IMG/VR virus record: IMGVR_UViG_2770939491_000001
Origin: an uncultured virus (IMG/VR IMGVR_UViG_2770939491_000001)
Lineage: Duplodnaviria > Heunggongvirae > Uroviricota > Caudoviricetes
Length of the DNA stretch: 31,644 nt
Strand: one strand, 5' to 3'
In this document: piece after piece, positions 25,893 to 31,644 of the stretch
How the letters are laid out: every line of letters starts with the position of its first letter
Position numbering within the stretch: position 1 is the stretch's first letter
Notes under the pieces: model-generated
Databases searched by the model: none
Told to the model about the DNA's origin: nothing
The model's input: the letters and a program-made list of their open reading frames with translations, nothing else
Translations under genes and position numbers: made by a program

Positions 25893-26350
25893 GCCGTTTC
25901 GCCGTTGTCGTTGTGCGTGTTGGTGATGGCTTCGCGGACGGTGGCGCCGGACATATGCAGGGTGGTCGCGATCTTCTTCAACGACCAGCCTTCTGCGTGG
26001 AGGGCGCGGGCGTAGATCCTTTTGTGCCCGTATGGGATACGCGCGTACTTGCCGGCTTTGATGCGTTCGTAGACGACGTCGTCGAGCCGGTTCGGTTCGC
26101 GCCGGCAGTGGGTGTAGACCTCGTCGCGGTCGAGTTGGTCGATGGCATTGGCGGTTTCGCGTGCGACGTAGGTGGCTTGGCCGCGGGCGATGCGGGTGAG
26201 GAGTGCGGCGTCGACGCCGATCATGCGGCTGAGGCGTTTCATGATGATGTCGTCGGCGAGCATGGGGGCGAGGATGTCGCGGGTGCGGTCGGCGGGGACG
26301 TAGTCGTTGGCGAGGAGGTGGCGGGCCTTGGGGGTGAGGGTGGTGTTCAT
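25889..26350 (-). CDS. Two-HTH protein, shortened relative D of paralog C
   Basis: LSRMIGVDAALLTRIARG; LDDVVYERIKAG; EGWSLKKIATTLHMS. Confidence 0.75.
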   Translation of the reverse strand: MNTTLTPKARHLLANDYVPADRTRDILAPMLADDIIMKRLSRMIGVDAALLTRIARGQATYVARETANAIDQLDRDEVYTHCRREPNRLDDVVYERIKAGKYARIPYGHKRIYARALHAEGWSLKKIATTLHMSGATVREAITNTHNDNGETA

Positions 26351-27042
26351 GCTGCTTCGCTTTCGGGGTTCGTGGCCTGGATGGGCCATTGGGTGCGCAC
26401 GCCGGAGTGGTCGCGGTCGTTGCGGCGCAGGTAGTCGCGGAACCGGTGGGCTTCTTCGCGGTACCAGTGGGTTTGGCGTTCCATGAGCTCGTCGGCGGTG
26501 AACTCGGCCAGGTGCGGGAAGGTGCGGGGCAGTTTCCAGGCGAGCCGGGCGGCGGCGAGTGCGTCGGCTTCGGCGTCGTGGGCGTCGTCGAGGCGCATCC
26601 CGTAATGGATCATCACCGCGGACAACTTCCTTGAGCCCTTGCGGAACCGGTCGTACTGCTTGTCGAGGACGAAAGGGTCAACGACCAGGCCACCGATGGT
26701 GAATTCCGCGTCCTGGGCTGCGAGGAGGGTGAGGTCGTAGCTGCCGTTGTAGACGGCGAGCGCGCGACCTTCCTGCCACACCGCCTGCAGTTCGGTGACT
26801 ACCTCGGCTACGACGTCGTCGTGGGGGCGGCCGTGCTTGGACACGTATTCGTCGGTGTAGCCGTGGATTTCGGTGGCCTCGGCGGGGATCGGGACGCCGG
26901 GGTTGGCGACCCAGTGGCGGCGGGTCACGTCGCCGCCGTCGATCCGGAGGACGCATGCCGTGACGATCCGCGCGGTATGCGGGTCCGGTGAGGTTGTCTC
27001 CAAATCGAAGGCGGCGAGCGGGAGTTCGGTCCAACTAGTCAT
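26347..27042 (-). CDS. DEDDh 3'-5' exonuclease (DnaQ/Pol III epsilon-like)
   Basis: AFDLETT, ATEIHG, YNGSYD, AHDAEADA. Confidence 0.92.
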   Translation of the reverse strand: MTSWTELPLAAFDLETTSPDPHTARIVTACVLRIDGGDVTRRHWVANPGVPIPAEATEIHGYTDEYVSKHGRPHDDVVAEVVTELQAVWQEGRALAVYNGSYDLTLLAAQDAEFTIGGLVVDPFVLDKQYDRFRKGSRKLSAVMIHYGMRLDDAHDAEADALAAARLAWKLPRTFPHLAEFTADELMERQTHWYREEAHRFRDYLRRNDRDHSGVRTQWPIQATNPESEAA

Positions 27043-27268
27043 GGGCGGCGGCTTCCATCGCGTCGACGGCTTGGAGGAGGGATTGGCCGGGCTGGGCGTA
27101 GACGGCGCGGAAGCCGTCGTGGCGGTTGGCGTAGCGGAGGGCATCGAGTTCTCGGTCACCGAAGTAGACGACCTCGTAGCAGTCGCCGCCCTCCCCGGCT
27201 CGTGTCCCCGCGACGGGGTACACGAGCCAGCCACCCAGCTCGCCGAGCTGGATCGGGGTTGTCATCAC
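27035..27268 (-). CDS. Small phage protein
   Basis: Coupled ORF. Confidence 0.7.
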   Translation of the reverse strand: MMTTPIQLGELGGWLVYPVAGTRAGEGGDCYEVVYFGDRELDALRYANRHDGFRAVYAQPGQSLLQAVDAMEAAAHD

Positions 27269-27906
27269 TGCTCCGGCGGAACGTCGTCGTAGTAGTCGGC
27301 GGGTGCGTCCTGGACGTCGTCAGCGGGCGGTGCCGTCTCGCTGTTGGCGATGGCGGTGGCGCGTTCCTTCCAGAGCTGCACCAGGGGGTTGCGATGCTCG
27401 CCCAAGTCGAATGTCTTGAGCTGCGCCCAGATCGCGGCGAGCGCCTCACGGTCGGCGGCCGACCGAATGTCGACGATGATCTCGTCGGCCTGGGCGTCGG
27501 TGATCGGCGGCGGGCCATCAGGGAGGGGTTCGACGACGAATGGCGATCGCTTGCCGCGGGTTACGGTCAGGGCGAGGGTCAACCGCTTGCCGATGTGGGA
27601 CATGTGGGAGATGCGGATCCCGCCGACTTTCTCGGGACCGAATTTGATCTCGGGGTCGCGGTAGAGCTTGAGGCGGCGACCGGCGTAAACCTTCGAATCC
27701 GCCCCCCAGGCGTTGATGAGGACACGGATCATCGACTTACCGGGGCGGTACGGGCGCTTCGGCCCGAACTCGGCCGTGACGATTTCGACGGGCTGCTCGG
27801 CGTTCCCCTTGCGGGTCTCGACGATGGTGACCACACGTGGCCCGGACATCAGGTCGTCCGCGTTGATCTGGTCGGATTTCGGTGCTGCGGCTGCGGAAAT
27901 GTCCAT
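27265..27906 (-). CDS. Conserved phage protein next to the exonuclease; candidate ssDNA-annealing/binding protein
   Basis: PKSDQINADDL...PGKSMIRVL..AWG...VGGIRISHMSHI; acidic tail; position. Confidence 0.7.
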   Translation of the reverse strand: MDISAAAAPKSDQINADDLMSGPRVVTIVETRKGNAEQPVEIVTAEFGPKRPYRPGKSMIRVLINAWGADSKVYAGRRLKLYRDPEIKFGPEKVGGIRISHMSHIGKRLTLALTVTRGKRSPFVVEPLPDGPPPITDAQADEIIVDIRSAADREALAAIWAQLKTFDLGEHRNPLVQLWKERATAIANSETAPPADDVQDAPADYYDDVPPEQ

Positions 27907-27907
27907 G

Positions 27908-28609
27908 TCAGAAGCTCATCTCGGTGAGTTCGCGTTCGGTGGTCGGCAGGCCCTCGGTGGCCTCGTGGTAGCGGCGGATCATCTCGGCGACGTTGGCTTC
28001 GAATGCCTGTACGGCGGCGATGATGGCCTCGAACCACCGTGAGTCGGGGTGGACGCGTACGCGCCACATCGGCATGCCGCCGGCGTAGCTGATGTAGTCC
28101 AGCCAGGCGCGGCCGGACACGAGCAGCCCGGCCTGGCACTGCGCCATGTTCTCGGCGGGTACTCCACCGGCGAGGATGTGTGCGAGGTGGATCTTCGGGC
28201 GTCGGGACTTGATTTCGATGAGTCCGTCGCCGCCGACGAGTCCGTCCGGGGAGTAGCCGAGCTGGATCCCGTCGAATTCGCGGACCATGAACCCGGTCTC
28301 CTGGACCGGGGCGTAGTGCTCGCTGTACTTGGCGCGGGCACGGGGTTCGTCTTCGATACCTCGGAACATGTCGTCGGACATGAACGTCGGGTCGGTCCAG
28401 CCGGTGATCCGCTCGGCCGCAAGCAGGGCGGTCAGGCCTCGGGATGTTTCGTTGCTGGCGGGCTTCATCGTCTTGGTGGTGATGAGGTCGCCGACGACGG
28501 ACGCGGTGACGATGCCTCGGCGGTGAGCGAGCCATTCGTCCGAGCCTTGAAGCACGTCGGGGTAGACGGTGAGTCGCGAGGGTTCGCGGTACAGGGCGGT
28601 GTCGGTCAC
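27908..28609 (-). CDS. YqaJ / lambda-exonuclease-like recombinase nuclease
   Basis: QGSDEWLAHRRGIVTAS, RGIEDEP, YSPDGLV...LIEIKS, QCQAGL. Confidence 0.93.
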   Translation of the reverse strand: MTDTALYREPSRLTVYPDVLQGSDEWLAHRRGIVTASVVGDLITTKTMKPASNETSRGLTALLAAERITGWTDPTFMSDDMFRGIEDEPRARAKYSEHYAPVQETGFMVREFDGIQLGYSPDGLVGGDGLIEIKSRRPKIHLAHILAGGVPAENMAQCQAGLLVSGRAWLDYISYAGGMPMWRVRVHPDSRWFEAIIAAVQAFEANVAEMIRRYHEATEGLPTTERELTEMSF

Positions 28610-28740
28610 TGCACGCTCCAGTTGGTCAGCCAGAGAACGAATCCGAAGAAGGTCCCGCAGGCGAAGACGTTGGCGGCGACGATCAGGGTGTCGCTGACCT
28701 GGGTGGTTTTGGGTGCGGCGGTAGGCTTGAGGCCAGGCAT
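28606..28740 (-). CDS. 44-aa single-TM peptide, first gene of the early operon
   Basis: MPGLKPTAAPKTTQVSDTLIVAANVFACGTFFGFVLWLTNWSVQ; GAAAGGA RBS; GTGA overlap. Confidence 0.65.
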   Translation of the reverse strand: MPGLKPTAAPKTTQVSDTLIVAANVFACGTFFGFVLWLTNWSVQ

Positions 28741-28841
28741 GTCACGTGGTCCTTTCACGTGGGATGTCGGGCCCGTCCCTCACTGCAATGGGGGGCGGGC
28801 CGAGGTGTTCAGGAACACCAACCGGTGTCTTGTATGGTTTC

Positions 28842-28878
28842 CTGTACGTACAGTACTCCATACTTTACGTAGAGACAA
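28842..28878 (-). promoter_or_regulatory. SigA-type early promoter (TTGTCT-N17-TACTGT) overlapped by palindrome CTGTACGTACAG
   Basis: -35 at 28873-28878 and -10 at 28850-28855 on the minus strand; palindrome at 28842-28853. Confidence 0.7.
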
Positions 28879-29077
28879 GCGGTGACCTTGTAAACTTTCC
28901 CGTACATCCGTGAGCCCACTAAATAGCCCTGAACAGGGGAAACGCGAAAGTGTGCAGCCCGTCATAACGATGTAATTACAGTTGACCGTGGACGGTAGGC
29001 CATCCTTACCGATACCATCGGCAGACTGTGTAAAGCTGCCTGTCAACCGGGTAGCCCAATCACCGGAAGGTGCACCC

Positions 29078-29539
29078 GTGACGACCCCTGAAATCAGCAT
29101 CCCGCCGACCACAAACCGATGGTGGGAGTACGTGCAGGAGATCTGCCGCGCGCACGGAATCAGCACAGCGGAGTTCTGCGCCCGCATCGGAATCACCCGG
29201 TCCGCGAGCACGCCCTGGACGAACGGGAGCGCACCTCGCCCTGAGATCGCACGTCGAGTCGCCATCGTCTTCGAGCGCCCGCTACCCGAGGTCTTCGTCC
29301 AGGCAGGTTTCGCCACCTGGGAGGAGATGAAGATAGACCCCGACGAGCAACCTGCCCCCATCGAGCCATCAGACGACGAGCTCGCAGAGCTGGTCAGACA
29401 TCGGTTCGCCGCCTACCGATCGAAACTCACCAGCAGCGGCGTCGGAACCCTCGCGGTCGTCGACGGCGAAGCGGAGACCGAGGCTGCGCCAGCGCCGAGG
29501 AAGAACACCGTTCGCCGGCGACCGAAAGAACGGAACTGA
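29078..29539 (+). CDS. XRE-family CI-like repressor
   Basis: WWEYVQ...STAEFCARIGITRSASTPWTNGSAPRPE...EVFVQAGF; divergent from the early operon. Confidence 0.82.
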   Translation: MTTPEISIPPTTNRWWEYVQEICRAHGISTAEFCARIGITRSASTPWTNGSAPRPEIARRVAIVFERPLPEVFVQAGFATWEEMKIDPDEQPAPIEPSDDELAELVRHRFAAYRSKLTSSGVGTLAVVDGEAETEAAPAPRKNTVRRRPKERN

Positions 29540-29546
29540 CAGACAA

Positions 29547-29588
29547 AAAGTGAGGCCCCAACCATGGAGATGGTTGGGGCCTCACTTT
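29547..29588. terminator. Bidirectional intrinsic terminator
   Basis: AAAGTGAGGCCCCAACCAT-ggag-ATGGTTGGGGCCTCACTTT, 19-bp stem. Confidence 0.9.
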
Positions 29589-29601
29589 GTTGTCCGTCAG
29601 T

Positions 29602-30024
29602 TCAGGCGGCTCCTTGCATCTGCAGGCGTTGCGGGCGCCGGATCACCAGACGCTCGCAGGCGCGGACCTGCTCGGCGAAGGGGTCGCCGGTGTGCGGGAG
29701 GATGCTGACGTCGCAGTGCCAGCGTCCGTCGCCACCGCGTCGCCATGCCGAGATCTCGTTGGGAGGGTGTGCGATGGCGTCGACTCCGCAGTCGTCGAGG
29801 GCCGTGGCCTCGGCGTCGGATAGACCGCAGAAGGGCCACAGTTCGATGCGGCCGGCGGTGTCGACGGTGATGTGGCCGATGGATTTCCAGATCTGCCCGT
29901 CGGCGGGCCAGTAGGAGTAGACGCCTTCGGGCGGGTGGACGACGATGCCGTAGGAGGCCGCGTGGGGGGCAATTTCGGTGTTTGCGACCAAGGGGGTGAA
30001 TTCGAAGCTGTCGGGGTGCGACAT
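29602..30024 (-). CDS. Hypothetical protein (MSHPDSFEFTP...)
   Basis: GAGGA RBS; ends at the terminator. Confidence 0.7.
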   Translation of the reverse strand: MSHPDSFEFTPLVANTEIAPHAASYGIVVHPPEGVYSYWPADGQIWKSIGHITVDTAGRIELWPFCGLSDAEATALDDCGVDAIAHPPNEISAWRRGGDGRWHCDVSILPHTGDPFAEQVRACERLVIRRPQRLQMQGAA

Positions 30025-30400
30025 GTCGTCCTCATCTTCTCTGCGGGTGCGTGAGCCCGCCGTCACCTCGGGGCAGGCTGATTTTCCGGGTTGCCCCGGT
30101 TTAACGGTCGTGCAGTTGAGAGTGCAGCCCGGCGCGAAGCGCTGGGGGTTGAGCGGATACGTCTACTCTGTCCAGGCCACCTAACTTGTGCCAAGGACCG
30201 GCTGACCTGGCCCTTCCCCCGACGGAAAGGTTGCATCGATTGCCGGTTTTAGCGGAATGTTCTCCCTGAAAAGCTCTTGATGAGAGAGTAGTACCAGAAA
30301 AGCCGGTACCGCAACACCGGATCGCTAAGAATTTGCGACATCGAGGTTTAAAACGTATCAGCTCTGGATAAGGGCACCCTCAATCAGTTACCGTGGAGTA

Positions 30401-30712
30401 GTGGTGGATCGGTCTGCTGGGCCCATGGATGCCGCGGTCGGCAGAGTGATCACCGACCGCCGAATAGAGCTGGGGTTGACCCAGCAAGACGTGTGGACTG
30501 CGATCGGCATGGGGAAGACTCCATACCGCGATATCGAGCAGCAGCGTCGAACTGTTCCACTCGAGGTTCTCCGGGTGATTGCCCCGATCTTGGGAATGAA
30601 GGTTCGCGACATCGTCGCCCAAGCCGAGGATCTTGTCGACGCCGAGGAGCGGCGGCGCGTAGCGAGCAATCCGCATGCCGAAAAGCTTGGCCGCTCTTTG
30701 GGTTTCCCCTGA
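30401..30712 (+). CDS. XRE-family HTH regulator
   Basis: VGRVITDRRIELGLTQQDV...YRDIEQQRR..PLEVL..IA..LG. Confidence 0.85.
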   Translation: MVDRSAGPMDAAVGRVITDRRIELGLTQQDVWTAIGMGKTPYRDIEQQRRTVPLEVLRVIAPILGMKVRDIVAQAEDLVDAEERRRVASNPHAEKLGRSLGFP

Positions 30713-30751
30713 TTACGGGCTAGTTTCGGGTGGAAACAATAGACTCGACCA

Positions 30752-31526
30752 TGTGGTTGTGGCTGTTGCGGTCGAGCTTTTAGTAGCCCTTGCTCGGCTT
30801 GCGAGGTGGGGCAGGCGAGAGACCAGGTTGTTCACGGCGGCGTTGCTGACCATCGGGGTGGCGTACGCGTTGACGATTCCTTGGCTCGGTGACCGGCGTT
30901 TGGATCGGTGGCTGTCACAGGCGGCGGGTGAAAACGTCAGCGACATAGGGCATACCGTTCTCGTGGCCGTCGGGTGTGGGCTGTTGTCGCTGGTGTGTGT
31001 CGGGGGTTTGGCTGTTGACGACAATGGTGGTGAGTCGAATTGGTATCGGCCTGCCCGGTGGGTGGTGATATCGCTGACCGCCTTGATCGTTTTGGCGGTT
31101 TTGGTGCTGTCCTGGATCGGTGATGTTTCCCGCGTCCCCGTGGGTGATGTTTTGGCGTTGTCTGATGGTGGGAGCCGGGGTGTTTCGGTGATGTTCTTGG
31201 TGAGTGTGGCTGCGACCGCGGTGGCGTTGATATCGGTTTTCATGGTTGCGGTGCAGGGGTCTGGTCCGCGTCGGATGGTGGCGTTTTCGGCGTTGGCTGT
31301 GGTTGGTGTTTTGGGGTTGGTCTACGTGGCGTTGATCGGGGGTGGGTTGATCTTGGACCCTGCGGGGGTGGTCGATCTTCACCGTGTAGTGGAGCCGTGG
31401 GCGGCGGGGTCGGCCTTGGTGGCGTTGGCCGTGGCTGGGGTGTGGAGTTCGTGGACATACCGTCCGGGTTGGTGGCCGTGGGGGCGCGAACGGCTTCCCC
31501 ACAAACGTCCCACGGTTCAGCAGTGA
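30752..31526 (+). CDS. Multi-pass (~7 TM) membrane protein; start uncertain (frame open from 30675)
   Basis: Repeated hydrophobic segments; follows the XRE gene. Confidence 0.7.
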
Positions 31527-31530
31527 TGTA

Positions 31531-31619
31531 GCGGGATATTGCGGGAACTCGCGGGATAGACGAGTCTCTATCCCGCGAGGTCAGCCACCGTTTCCGGGAT
31601 GCTGCGGGATGTGGCGGGC
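31531..31619. repeat. 10-bp-phased GCGGGA array with an internal inverted repeat
   Basis: Copies at 31531, 31541, 31551; inverted at 31571; variants at 31594, 31604, 31614. Confidence 0.75.
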
Positions 31620-31644
31620 AGTACGACTACATACCAATCCGTTA

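Larger units (their letters stand above)
1..31644. mobile_element. Prophage / phage-like element: early-replication region, regulatory switch and cargo island; boundaries lie outside or cannot be resolved
   Basis: Dense, translationally coupled small ORFs (ATGA/GTGA overlaps), YqaJ exonuclease, three HNH genes, DUF3310, replication initiator and divergent repressor; no housekeeping genes. Confidence 0.88.

Noticed and set aside
1..31644. CRISPR array, tRNA, retron/DGR, IS element
   Set aside because: No repeat-spacer pattern, cloverleaf, reverse transcriptase or transposase recognised by eye; short ncRNAs cannot be excluded

Overview
High-GC actinobacterial sequence (Nocardia-like by gene content; inference) that appears to be entirely mobile, prophage-type DNA. 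It has five parts. (i) 1-1.9 kb: the tail of a + strand phage-like operon (HTH/Zn-finger protein, HAD protein, small ORFs) ending in a terminator. (ii) ~2-9.3 kb: a cargo island with a LexA-box-controlled small Cys/His protein, an XRE/TPR-like regulator plus SLOG (YspA-like) protein with a divergent small-gene operon, and a putative immunity + PD-(D/E)xK nuclease toxin pair whose toxin has a coiled-coil body and a relaxase-like charged C-terminal tail. (iii) 9.4-28.7 kb: a long - strand early/replication operon (YqaJ exonuclease, candidate annealase, DEDDh exonuclease, four related multi-HTH proteins, replication initiator with internal repeats, Rv2179c-like nuclease, three HNH endonucleases, DUF3310, many small ORFs), interrupted by a divergent module of a small HTH gene, an operator array and a Schlafen/AlbA_2 protein. 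(iv) A divergent repressor-like gene and early promoter at 28.8-29.5 kb. (v) An XRE + membrane protein pair followed by a helically phased GCGGGA array. No integrase, capsid, tail, tRNA, rRNA or CRISPR was seen. All family assignments come from motif recognition by eye; no searches were run.
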